From Mobula hypostoma (taxonomy: Eukaryota): a DNA stretch of 64,000 nucleotides. Positions within the stretch are counted from its first letter, which is position 1; every line of letters begins with the position of its first letter. Shown one piece after another: positions 51,471 through 63,798 of the stretch. Where the stretch lies: the NCBI RefSeq assembly GCF_963921235.1, contig NC_086098.1, positions 237,832,001 through 237,896,000 of the forward strand. Direction: 5' to 3'. The notes under the pieces were generated by a model. The model was not told the origin of the DNA, did no database searches, and was given only the letters and a program-made list of their open reading frames with translations. The position numbers were made by a program, and so were the translations under genes.

Positions 51471-52049
51471 CTATCTGTGTAATTCGTCCAAATCCTTAAC
51501 CCCTTTATCAATGCAGCCCACTCCAATCTCTATCTCCTCGCCGATCTGTAACTCCTTTTTTAAGCTGGTTCCCTGCAACTGAATTCTCCTCACATTCCCT
51601 GTCCAATTCCATTCCCTGTTGTATTCTTTCTCTTGTTCCGCAACTACACGATTACCCAAGATACCCGCACTCCGCTGTTGCGGACTAACGGCAATAGTGT
51701 CTCCGTTCCCTGCTGCGGATCTGGAAATCAGACCGCTCCTCGTTTAAAGACCTCCCGCCGACAGGGAAGGACCAGCTACGGGTCACATGATCGTGTATGG
51801 TTTGGTGTTACATTCTGTCTATTGTCGTATCTGTAATTTGTTTTAAGACAATGAATCTTACACAAAGGTCTAAAAACAACACGGTTGTTGCAGGTAACTT
51901 CAACTTCCCTAATATCCAGTGGGATATCCTTAATGAAAGATATTTATACAGTGCAACATCTGTTTGGTGAATCCTAAATGGTTTCTATATCAATGTGCAG
52001 ATGTTCCAGAAAGAGGATGGGGTGAAATTGAAGCGAAGTTTGATAATGA

Positions 52050-53660
52050 GCTCGGCCTAGTGACTAACCTTTCACTGGGAGAACATTTATTATAAATACC
52101 ATTAAATTCGAGCAGGGTAAATGTAGAGAATATTAGACAGAAACTACGGGACGTCAACTGGGTGCAGCTGTTTGGGCGCAAGTATCGAGACAGGCAGCGA
52201 ATTTGGTCCAGAAGGAAAGGGAATCTTCTGGTTTAAAAAAAAGGTTTGCAAAGCTAAAAGGAATTAATCAGCGTCCTTAAGAATTATAAAGAAGCTAGAA
52301 GCTAACTCGAAGCAGTGAGGAAGGCCAGAAAAGACCATGGAAGGTCATTGGGAAGTCGGATTGAAGTGAAATTCCGGGGGGTTCTATCCATACATCAAGA
52401 GCAAGACGATAACTGGGAGCGGGTAGGACAACTGAATGATAAACGAGGGAACATGTGCATAGATGTGAAGGATGTGGTTCAGTGCTTAACATCAAGGAGA
52501 AAGATGTGGAAGGTGGCGAGGTCAATGTGGAGGATACGAATTTGCTTGTGCATTAAGGAAAAACGAATGAGGCTTCACTGTGCCTCTTAAGGAACATTAA
52601 GTGGGTGTCTTGATAGAATATACGCCGGGTTATTGAGAGGGGTAAGAGATGAGATTGCTGGAGGGTTGACCAATATCTCAGTGTCCTCTCCAGCCACAGG
52701 CTATGTCTCAGAGAACTGCTACGTAACTACTGTTACATTATTGTTGAAAGGAAATAGGGATAATCTTGAGAATTATAAACCGGCGAGTCTCACGTCAATG
52801 GTAGGGAATTTACTGGAAATAATTCTTAACAATCGGATATGTGAGCATTTGGAAAACCTGTCTTTGTGCGGGTCACGTCGTATCTGCCTAACTTGATTAA
52901 GGATTTTGACGAAGTGATGATGGTGATTTCTTGTAGGGAGAGCTATGGATTTTGTCCACATGGATAAGGCGTTTGACAAGGTCCCAAATGGGAGACTCAG
53001 TCGGAAATTAAGATCGCATGGGTTCTGTGATGAATTGGCCGTTTGGATTCAGAACAGGTTTGCCCATAGAAGACAAAGGGTACCAATCGAAGGGACTTAT
53101 TCTAGCTGGAGGGCTATGTCCCGTAGGGATCTGTACTGTGACCTCTGCTATATGTGATATATATAAATGACCTGGATGAAAATGTAAATGGGTGGGTTAG
53201 TAAGTTTGCAGATGATACCAAAGTTGCGGACAGTATAGAAGGCGGCCAAAGGATACATCAGTTGCAGATACGGACAAATGACAGAGAAGTTTATTCCCAC
53301 CAAATGAGAAATGTTGCATTATAAAGGGATGATACACTATTAATGACAAACCCTTAGCACCCGTGACGTACAGAGGGATTTTGGAGTTGAGTCCGTATCT
53401 CTCTGAAAGTGACGACACAGCTTGTTAGGGTGGTCAGAAGGCACATGGCATTCTTTCCTTTATCTGTCAGGGAAATGAGTTCTGGAGTCGGTAAATTATG
53501 TTGGAGATTAATAGAAACAGCAGTTAGACTTTCCAGACAGTATTGTATTCAATTTTGGCCAGCTACATTATAGGAAGGATGTTAAGGCTTCGGAAAAAGT
53601 GCAGAAGAAGTTTTCTGAGATGCTGTCTGGAATGGAAAGCATCTGCTATAAGGATAGATT
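52050..53660 (+). mobile_element. Old decayed CR1 ORF2
   Basis: NYKPASLTSMVG, HMDKAFDKVP, KFADDTK remnants. Confidence 0.8.
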
Positions 53661-54469
53661 GTCCCTACGTACAAATTCTTAGCATTGTCAATAATCCCTC
53701 CCATTCCTCCAACAACCTTTCTTATCTCGTACCATCAGGCAGGTGGTATTGGAGCTTTGAAAGAAGAAATTTTGGGGTGGGAAACAGCTTCATCCCACTG
53801 GCCATATGACTACGAAACTCCCTGCCACCACCCACGTCTAAGCACGTATGAAGTGCCAATAGCGTTGTACTGTTTACCTTTGACTTGTGCCGTATGCATC
53901 GTATTATTTGCTAATTTATTTGTGGTTATTATGTTTATATTACTTAATGTGTGGTGTGTAAGTTATACGTACTGTGTTGTGCAACTTGGTCCGGAGGAAC
54001 GTTGTTTCGTTTGGCGATATACATGACAATAAACTGAACTTGAACTTGAACCTGAGCAAACTTGGGTTGTTTTCTCTGGAACCCCTGAGACTGAGGGGCT
54101 ATTTGACAGAGATCTACATACTATAGGAGGCACAGATAGAAAAAGTGGCCAGTATCGCTTTTCCACATTGTTGAAACGTGGCATGCGTTTAAGGTAAACT
54201 GGGGTAAGTTCAAAGGAGACGTGCGGGTCCCTTTTTTATCACAGAGAATGGTAGAAGCTCGGAATTCGCTGCCCAAGGTTCTGGTGGAGGCAAATATGAC
54301 AGAGCCGTTCTAGAGGCTTTAGGTATATAGATGTGCTGGAAATTGAAGAATATGGATATTCTTCAAGCGGAAGTGATTAGTGCAGTTGGGTATTTGATTA
54401 CGACTTCAATTCGTTCAATAGCACGTCGTAGGCTAAAGGACCTGTTCCCGTGTTGTACTATTCTAAGCG

Positions 54470-54800
54470 CAAAGTAATTCCCTGCTTGTAAATAGTATTA
54501 TCGGGTACAGGAGTGGAGCCCGGTGTGGTATTCTGCTGTTGTAGCCCATTCATTTCAAAGTTCGAAGCTTTGAGCGCTCAGAGACGCTCTTCTGTCACCA
54601 CTGTCGTAACACGTGATGATTTAAGTTACTTCCGCCTTCCTGTCGGCTTGAACCAGTCTGCCCATTCTCCTCCAGCCACTCTCATTAACAAGTCCTTTTC
54701 GTCCAAATCACTGCCGTTCACCGGATGTTGTCTGTTTTTTTTTCAGACCAGCCTCTGTAAGTTCTAGAGTCTGGTGTGCGTGAAAACACCAGGGTATCAC
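54470..54800 (-). mobile_element. Tc1-like remnant
   Basis: Antisense of the YNS..QKS.SER...RTLKWMGY pattern; similar to 25720-26225. Confidence 0.6.
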
Positions 54801-55399
54801 ATTAACGAGTAGGAGTACAGGTGTGCGTGAAATTGAGTGTACTTACATCACGTTCTCGATCCTTTCGCCGGGTGATGGTGCTTTTGCTTGCCGTTTCTCC
54901 TTTTACTGATTGAAAGAGATGTTTAGATGTGAGTTTTTCTTCAAAGGGATTTTTCACCGTTTGGCGAGAAGTTCAGGTCATGATAAGGTTAAGGCCAGCA
55001 CGTTACCTGGTTCGCGTTCCTTCCGATACTTCCTAATGGCCACAGTTGTCGCCCCTATAGCAAGGAACACGAGGGTCGCCGCCAGGCCAATTAAAAGCTC
55101 ATGACAGAGTTGGAGCTGCAGTCTATCTGAAGAACATAGAATCGACTTTCAATTGAAAGTAATTTACTATCAGTTCCAATCTGCATTTGTTGGCCTGTGT
55201 GCCAACAGATAGTACATAAATTCAAGTTATTATCAGAATCAGAATCAGGTACTTGTCGTGAAACTTGCTGTTTTGCTGTAGTAGTATACAGTATTGCAAT
55301 ACGTAATAATCGAATTATAAATTACAATAGAAAGTGTATGCATGTGTCTATCTGTTTGTCTGTCTGCAAATTAAATACGCAGTGCAAAAAGAGAGGGAA

Positions 55400-55748
55400 A
55401 TCGTGAGCAACACACATCAAACCTGCTGGTGAACACAGCAGGCCAGGCAGCATCTCTAGGAAGAGGTACCGTCGACGTTTCGGGCCGAGACCCTTCGTCA
55501 CGACTAATAAAGAAGAGCTAGTAAGAGATTTGAAAGTGGGAGGAGGAGGGGGAGATACAAAATGATAGGAGAAGACAGGAGGGGGAGGGATGGAGCCAAG
55601 AGCTGGACAGTTGATTGGCAAAAGGGATATGAGAGGATCATGGGACAGGAGGCCCAGGTAAAAAGAAAAGGGGGAGGGGGGAAACCCAGAGGATGGGCAA
55701 GGGGTATCATGAGAGGGACAGAGGGAGAAAAAGGAGAAGAGAGCGAGA

Positions 55749-55815
<67 letters not shown>

Positions 55816-56620
55816 TGTATATAAATAAATAACGGATGGGGTACGAGGGGGAGGTGGGGCATTAGTGGAAGTTTGAGAATTCAATGTTTATACCATCAGG
55901 TTTGAGGCTACCCAGACGGAAAATAAGGTGTTGTTCCTCCAACTTGAGTGTGGCTTCATCTTTACAGTAGAGGAGGCCGTGAATAGGCATATCGGAATGG
56001 GAATGGGACGTGGAATTAAAATGTGTGGCAACTGGGAGATCCTAATTTCTCTGGCGGACAGAGCATAGGTGTTCAGCGAAACGATCTCCCAGTCTCCGTC
56101 GGGTCTCGCCAATATATAGAAAGCCACATCGGGAGCACCGGACGCAGTATAATACCTCAGCCGACTCACAGGTGAAGTGTCGCCTCACCTGGAAGGACTG
56201 TCTGGGGCCCTGAATGGTGGAAAGGGAGGAAGAGTAAGGGCATATGTATCACTTATTCCGTTTACAAGGATAAGTGCCAGGAGGGAGATCGGTGGAGAGC
56301 GATGGGGGGAACGAATGGACAAGGGAGTCGGGTAGGGAGCGATCCCTGCAGAAAGTAGAGACAGGGGGGTAGGGAAAGATGTGCTTAGTGGTGGGATGCC
56401 GTTGGAGGTGGCGAAAGTTACGGAGTATAATATGTTGGACCTGGAGGCTGGTGGCGTGGTAGGTGAGGACAAGGGGAACCCTATTCCTAGTGGGGTGGCG
56501 GGAGGATGGAGTGAGAGCATATGTGCGTGAAATGGGGGAGATGCATTTGAGAGCAGAGTTGTTGGTGGAGGAAGGTAAGCCCTTTTCTTTAAAAAAGGAG
56601 GACATCTTCCTCGTCCTGGA
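55400..56620 (-). mobile_element. Penelope-like element 3' part, with a (GA)n expansion at 55741-55810
   Basis: Minus ORFs show RVPLVLTYH, CKRNK and GIY-YIG C-terminal fragments. Degenerate hammerhead at about 55470-55505. Confidence 0.85.
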
Positions 56621-57333
56621 ATGAAAATCGTGTGGTAGTCTCCATGGGTTAATTGTCCGTTCAGATATCTGATGGCGGAGGGGAAGAAGTTAATCCTAAA
56701 ACTTTGAGTGTGTGTTTTCAGACTCTTATATTTCCATCTTGATTGAACCAATGCGTAGAGGACATGTCCTGGGTGATGGAGTCCATAATGATAGATGTCC
56801 TTTTTGAAGCATGGCCTTTTGAAGGTGTCCTGGATACTGAGGACAGTGTTGGCCATGATGGAGCTAGCTGAGTTTACAATTAATATATTTAAAGCGGAGA
56901 TTGATGGTTTCTTGATCAGCAAGAACGTCAGAGGTTTCGGGGAAAGGGAGGAGAATAAGTTTGAGGGGGATAGTGAAGCAGCGCCGATGGAATAGCGGAA
57001 CAGACTCGATGAGCTGAATAATACTATGTCTTGTGGTCTTATACTCTAATCTCTCGTTCCTTCTGAAAATACTGACCTTAGATCTCTACAACAGTCTATC
57101 TAAATGGCTCTCTACTCGTCACAGGAACTGACCATTCGGCCTTACAACCCCATACTGGTACTTGGGTCCCGGTGGCATTTACATGTTCTTCCACTTCTGC
57201 TGTAGTCTGACGCTAGGTTGATACCGATAACTTTAACGCGCCTTACTACAACACTTCTTTCAGGGCTGGGGAGGGCAGTCTCTGATTATCCTTCGAGTAC
57301 TGGCCAGTGTCATTCGGTGTGTGTCACTCTGTC

Positions 57334-57650
57334 TCAGATATGCTCGCTCCACTCTACTGTAAAAGTAGCTCGTGACTCTAGGGACACGGTTTCGATGCAG
57401 CTCTTGAATGTCCTCTCTGTGAAGTGTTCACGTTTCCGCGTGATCAAGTGGCATTCCACCAGATATTCCCGCTGCCTCACAGTTAGGAAGGGCTTGCTGG
57501 TAACTATGAGGCAACAAAGAATCAAAGCAAGTATGATTTCCGTTTCTATGTGGTAAGGTTAAAGGGGATACAAAGATCAGAGGTCTGGTGCAGGGTGTCT
57601 CGAGATCTGATTCCGCCAATAACAAGCACTGGATTGAGGATTGTCAGAGT
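57334..57650 (-). CDS. Candidate downstream exons of gene B: Cys-tail exon 57577-57650 and hydrophobic exon starting at 57545
   Basis: Two polypyrimidine-AG acceptors, both open in phase 1 after C1: DSDNPQSSACYWRNQISRHPAPDL* and ETEIILALILCCLIVTSKPFLTVRQR...EHI*. Confidence 0.35.
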
Positions 57651-58469
57651 CTGAGGGGATGTCATAGAAAGTGATCTGATGGGTCACTTTACTTTGCAAC
57701 CTTTGTAACTGGGGTCTAATTTGGAATGTAATAAATCTTGGAAATTTATAGCAATTAGTATCAGGTTTATTATTATCACATAAACCGAGATGCAGTGAAA
57801 AGTTTGCCATCCAGACAGATCATACGGCACATAAAACACCGAGTAGCACAAAACGAGAAATTGGTGAATTGCAGTTACAGAGAAGGCGCAGTGCAGGTGA
57901 AAACAAGATGCAAGAGCCGTGGCGACTAGATTTTGAGATGAATAGATCACGGAAAGGAAATCTGTCCAGCACCGTAGAGGCATAACGATGTTGTGCCGAC
58001 CTTTTTACCCTAAAATCAGTGTAATCCTCCCCTTCTACATTGTCCTCCATTTTCTTTTCATCCATTTACCTATCTAAATCGTGCAAGAGCTCCTTTCAAA
58101 GGGCACATAGAGATATACATCCAGGCCAGGGCGGTTACTTGGTCTCAGTTTGAAATTTACTAACTTTTGAGATCATAGCAAATATGATGGGTAAAGGCGA
58201 ACTGGAACCTATAGGATCGCGCATGTTCAGAAATTTCCATCTGTCACAGGTAGCTCACAAGTTAAGCGCGCCTAGCGTTGCGAAGCAGTGTATTGGCCTG
58301 GAGAGGGGAATGGTTAACCAACAGAGAGTCGGCGGTGAATGCGTCATTTTCGGGCCTGAACTGCTTATGTCTTGTGATGAGCTGAATGAAGGACTGCGTG
58401 TCTTGTAACCGGTTTCCCCCATTGTATAAATTCTGAGGTGACTATGGGGAAATTTATAGGGTCTTGCGG

Positions 58470-58700
58470 TAACGTATCGGTTAGCGAAACGACTTACGGT
58501 GCCGGCTGAAAGATCGAGGCTCGATTCTTGCTGCTTTGTAAAGAGATTGTACATTCTCCCGGTAACCCTGTGGGTTTCCTCCGGGTTCTCCGGTTTGCCC
58601 CCACATTCCAAGGACGTAGGGTTTATGATAGTGAGTTACGGGCATGCTATACTGCCGCCGGAAGCGTGGCGGCACTTACGGGCTGCCCCAGCACACCTCG
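58470..58700 (+). mobile_element. V-SINE/HE1-like SINE; related copies at about 59930-60030 and 63200-63350
   Basis: Conserved core gggtttcctccgggt.ctccggtttcctcccaca.tccaaagacgt. Confidence 0.7.
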
Positions 58701-59397
58701 CTGATTTGATTAGACGGAAAAGATGCAGCTCACTATATTTTTCCATGTACATGTAAAAATTAAAGCTTATCTGTCCAAAATGTATCGGAGTCGTGTGTCG
58801 GGAGATGAGTACTTTCAAGGGCTCTACAACTCAGTATTATTTATCAACTTATTTATTATTTGTACAATTTGACTTCGTTTGTACATCGGTTGTTTGTCAG
58901 TCCTCGTTATTCATAGTTTTTCACAAATTCTGCTGTATTTCTTTCTTGTTCTACTGTGAATGTCTGTGATCTCAATGCAGTATATCGTGACATATATTAC
59001 TTTGATAATAAATGTACTTTGTATTTTGAGGAAATAAAAATTAATTATCATGAATAAAAAGTCAATGATAATTAATCTGATTCTGATTCTGATTCTGAGC
59101 ATTTCCCTCAGCAGAGCGGCCAAACCAAGACGTGCCCATTTAAAGTAAGTTTGGAGTGATGATAAAGGAACTGAGGGAAAGGGCTTCACCCGGAGAGCCG
59201 TGAGAGTTTCAATGATCGGTGGGGAGCGGGGAGAAGCTCTGCTCACATTTACGCAGTGCTTGAACGCGACAGTTGTGCCATTAGGGCCACGGAGACAGGG
59301 CTGGAGAGAGGGATTTAGCTCGATACTAGGCATAAACACAGAGGGCCTAATGGCCTCGCGTCATAAAGCTGAAGGGAATCACTAGTTTCTACTATAC

Positions 59398-59688
59398 CTT
59401 TCTGAGCGGAGACACTGTCACTGACCAGATGTCCAGTGACGCAATTGCAGACGGCGCCGCTACGCCAACTTTCCGCCGGGATCTGGAAGCGGCTGCTAAC
59501 GCTGTAACCTCCGTCCGGATCAAATATCGGGGGATCAACGAGACCTTCTATGGTATTTCCCGATATGTTCCAGCGGATGTTCAGGGAATCGGAAGACACG
59601 CCTCTCACCAAACACACGAAGGTCACCAGTTGCATCCGGGGAATTTCATCGGCTTGTGGCGCTAACAGGTATATCGTGGGAGGCTGGG
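59398..59688 (-). CDS. Gene B C1-set exon
   Basis: Acceptor tgttttccacattcag. AQPPTIYLLAP...VTFVCLVRGVSS...IRWNISG...FDPDGGYSVSSRFQIPAESWRSGAVCNC...VSAQK, donor G|gtatag. Phase 1/1. Confidence 0.9.
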
Positions 59689-60659
59689 CTGAATGTGGAA
59701 AACACAACACCGCTGTATTAATTGCATGGCCCATTTTAATCACGGTTTCAAAAACAGGCTATTCTGGCCATCTTCTCCGTGCTGGCGGTCAAGTACATAT
59801 CTGTGTTAATCCTAGTTTACAAGGCCGTCTCTCTGTGATAGTTCGTCTACATAACTGCACGAGTAGTTGCATTGCTACCCGTCAGGGAGTGAGATCCCAA
59901 CGCCCCTCGTACGGATATATCTTTCTTCAAGCCTTGAAACGCCATTCCCCGTGGAAAGCGTGTGTTTCCTCAGAATGCTCCGGTTTCCTCGCACAGTCCA
60001 AAGGCGTACCGATTAATAAGTTAATTGGTCATTGTATATTGTTCCGTGATTAGGCTCAGCTAATGTTCTACATTTCTATCAGCTTACTGTCTCCACCCCA
60101 AGAAAAGTAAAGCAATGCACACAACCGATCCTCGCAAACGAAACGACATCGTTGTGACAGAGACCCACATCAGGGAAGCAGACAGTACAGCTCATCATAT
60201 CGACCAGTGGGCACCAATTCACATTAATCCCATCTTCCTAGACTTAGCCAATACCCTTCTCTCTAACTCAGCAATGAACGCATCCAGACACCTCTTAGAT
60301 GCTGTCAGCAAATCTGCTGCAACCATTCTAGGACATACGCACAGTTGGTCCTCTTCAGATCCCCCCGAAACTCTTCTGCCTTAAACTAAATCTATGCTCT
60401 CTTGTCTGTCTACCTCAAATGTGTGGAAGGGCCTCCTGCTGTTTACTTTGTGTTATGAAGTTGATCTATAACCTCCCTGCCTCGCTATTCAATAACCTGA
60501 CTAATGAAAGGCCAATATCCATTTGCCTTCATAATCACAGTATGTACGTGCGATGCCACCTTGCAGGATCACTGGATCTTGTAATCCAGGGTCCTTCTGT
60601 TCCTCAACCTCCACATTTCAGAGGTCCTTTCGTCATTAATCCTCCCAGACCGCAGCCCC

Positions 60660-61950
60660 TCGCGTTATTCTGTGTTAACATTTATAATCCATTTCAACAA
60701 CACTTCGGTATCACCCCTCCGACATAGACTAACTTTCACACTATCCGTACTATCCACTATTTCGCCATTCTTTGTCTTCTCCACAAATTTACTGATCTTG
60801 CTTCTTATATCAAAATCTAAGCTATTCAAGAATATTTCAAATAGCAAAGGTACTTGGAGAACCTTTTCTCCACCTATTCTTGGGGAACACCGCTAGTAAC
60901 ATGTATCCAACCTTCCCTTGCCCCTTGTTGCCAGTCCCATGCGGAATCATTTGACAAATTGCCCTGGTCCATGTTTCTGTGGGAATTTGTCAGAGGCCTC
61001 ACTGAAGTGCATGTAAAGCATACATTGATTGCTCTGTTCTCAATCATAGACTCGGCCAGCTCTTCAGGAATTTCGATCAGGTTGCTCAGACATGCTCAGC
61101 TATTGACACAGCCAGCTTGGCTTTCTCTGATTAGACCTTGTCACTCCAAGATATTATTAACCCTGTCCCTCGGAGTTCAGTCCTTTAAGATCGCTACGAC
61201 TGATGTTAGACTCATAGGTCTATAATGGCCAGTCTTCTCCCTGGTATTTCAATTCCTACCATCCAGGAACCTCACATGTATCCAGCGAGTAATTACAATT
61301 TCTCACTTGAAGACCCAGCAATCTCACAGTCTGCTTGTCACAGAAGCCTAGGATACATCCGGTGATTTTCGACTGTTAAAGCCGCTACGGCTTCAAACAC
61401 ATTTTCTTCATTTATTGAGATTTAAACCAAAATTCACCTTTCTCTTCATTGAAATATTCATCTACAAGGTGCACTTACTTTGTGAATTTTGATGAAGCGT
61501 GCTTATTTAGGACGACTCCAATATCTTCTAGCTCCAACGACAGATTCCCCCTTTGCTCGTAATGGGCTCTAATGTTTCCTTGGATGATCTTGCGCCCTTC
61601 ATACACTTTTAGGTGGCTTGCAGATAAAATTTATCTGCTTGCCAGTGATATTTTGTGACTTTTCTTAATCTGCCTTTTAAGCATCGCCTTGCGTTTTCAC
61701 ACCCGGAAGGGCTTCGCTCGTCTTTAACTTTCTATACATACCATCTGTTTCATTTTTTTTACTCTTTATCCATCCTCAAAATCCTTGTCGTCCATGGTTC
61801 TCTGAGATAATGACCTGTACCTTTTACCCTTACAGGAACATGTTGGCCCTGAGCTCTTCCAATTTCTCCTTCTATACGCATATGGACATACCGGCAAGCG
61901 GGTCCTCCCATTCAACTCTATCCAAGTCCTGTCTAATACTTATTTCTGGT
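60660..61950 (-). mobile_element. Old CR1 ORF2 fragment
   Basis: Antisense remnants such as LFEIFLNSLD...ISKF and RPISLTSVV. Confidence 0.7.
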
Positions 61951-61962
61951 TCATGCGAACCA

Positions 61963-62790
61963 CAGATGCAATTTAATGTGGACAAATGTGAAGTTATCCA
62001 CTTTGGTGGCAAAAATAGGAAAACAGATTATATTCTGAATGGTGGCCGATTAGGAAAAGGGGAGGTGCAACGAGACCTGGGTGTCATTATACACCAGTCA
62101 TTGAAAGTGGGCATGCAGGTACAGCAGGCGGTGAAAAAGGCGAATGGTATGCTGGCATTTATAGCGAAAGGATTCGAGTACAGGAGCAGGGAGGTACTAC
62201 TGCAGTTGTACAAGGCCTTGGTGAGACCACACCTGGAGTATTCTGTGCAGTTTTGGTCCCCTAATCTTAGGAAAGACATCTTTGCCATAGAGGGAGTACA
62301 AAGAAGGTTCACCAGATTGATTCCTGGGATGGCAGGACTTTCATATGAAGAACGACTGGATGAATTGGGCTTGTACTCGTTGGAATTTAGAAGATTGAGG
62401 GGGGATCTGATTGAAACGTATAAGATCCTAAAGGGATTGGACAGGCTAGATGCAGGAAGATTGTTCCCGATGTTGGGGAAGTCCAGAACGAGGGTTCTGA
62501 CAGTTTGAGGATAGAGGGGAAGCCTTTTAGGACCGAGATTAGGAAAAACTTCTTCACACAGAGAGTGGTGAATCTGTGGGATTCTCTGCCACAGGAAACT
62601 GTTGAGGCCAGTTCATTGGCTATATTTAAGAGGGAGTTAGATATGGCCCTTGTGGCTACGGGGGTCAGGGGGTATGGAGGGAAGGCTGGGGCGGGGTTCT
62701 GACTTGGATGATCAGCCATGATCATAATAAATGGCGGTGCAGGCTCGAAGGGCCGAATGGCCTACTCCTGCACCTATTTTCTAAGTTGTA
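61963..62790 (+). mobile_element. Young 5'-truncated CR1, same subfamily as 1-1440
   Basis: Nearly letter-for-letter match to 603-1440. It has GAG where copy 1 has the TAG stop. Confidence 0.95.
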
Positions 62791-63798
62791 TGTTTCTATG
62801 AAATATGTGGAGTCACGGCCACAATTCCAAAACCACTCCCCAGCTGACACTTCGTTAAACTGATGAGACAGAAGGGTGAATCCTCAGCATGCTCTCCAGC
62901 GCAATCGCGCCCCTGCTATAGTTTAACGTCCAGGCTCCAATTTTAACACATGACTCCAATTTTGGTATGATTAAAGTGTTACACAGTTTGAATATACGCA
63001 TTTCCTTTCTCTTAAATTCTATTCCACGGCAATTGAAGACAAATATTTGGTTTGGTATGTTCGCTTCACCACCTCGTCTCCAAGTCTCCTTTGCTACGGC
63101 CGTTCATTATATCTGTTCCCGAGCTTCCAAAACACTTCGCCTCGAAGTTCTCAGATTTAAACTTCATCTGCCATTGTTCGGGCCACCTTTAAGGGAGGCA
63201 CGGTAGCGTAGCGGTTATGGCAACTCTTTAGTGAGCCAACTGTAAGACTGTGGTTCAATCCCCGTCGCTACCTGTAAGGGTTAGCACGAGAATGCCTGGA
63301 TTTCCTCCGAGTGCTCTGATTTCCTCCCACAGTCTAAAGACGTGAAAATTAACGAGTAATTGAAAGAGACTGATGCCGTGCTGTATCTCTAAATTAAACT
63401 GAATTAACCTCATCAGTATCGCTCTGTAGCTCAAACCTAATCTCCGCACTTCCAACAGCATCGCAAATCCCCGTCTCATTTCTGAACGTACTTATTGTAC
63501 TTTCTACGTACCCTCTGGGCCCCAGCAAACGCCGCCGTGTACAGTCTTAAGTCCGGCTAGGAAAGGAGTAGGGCTGGACATGGGATTCGCAACCCCATCC
63601 CGTAGTGCTACAGTAACGCAAACAGAAGCTCCCTGGGAAAAGAAGGACCTTGGGCTACACACTGGGACAATTTGAAAGTGACCCAGGATAGAAGACTCTG
63701 GCGAACTGCTTTCAGCGCCTATGCCCAATAGGGGTGATGGACTTTAAAAAAGGATCCCAGCATCAAAAGAAATGTATGAACTTGTTACGACAAGTTAC

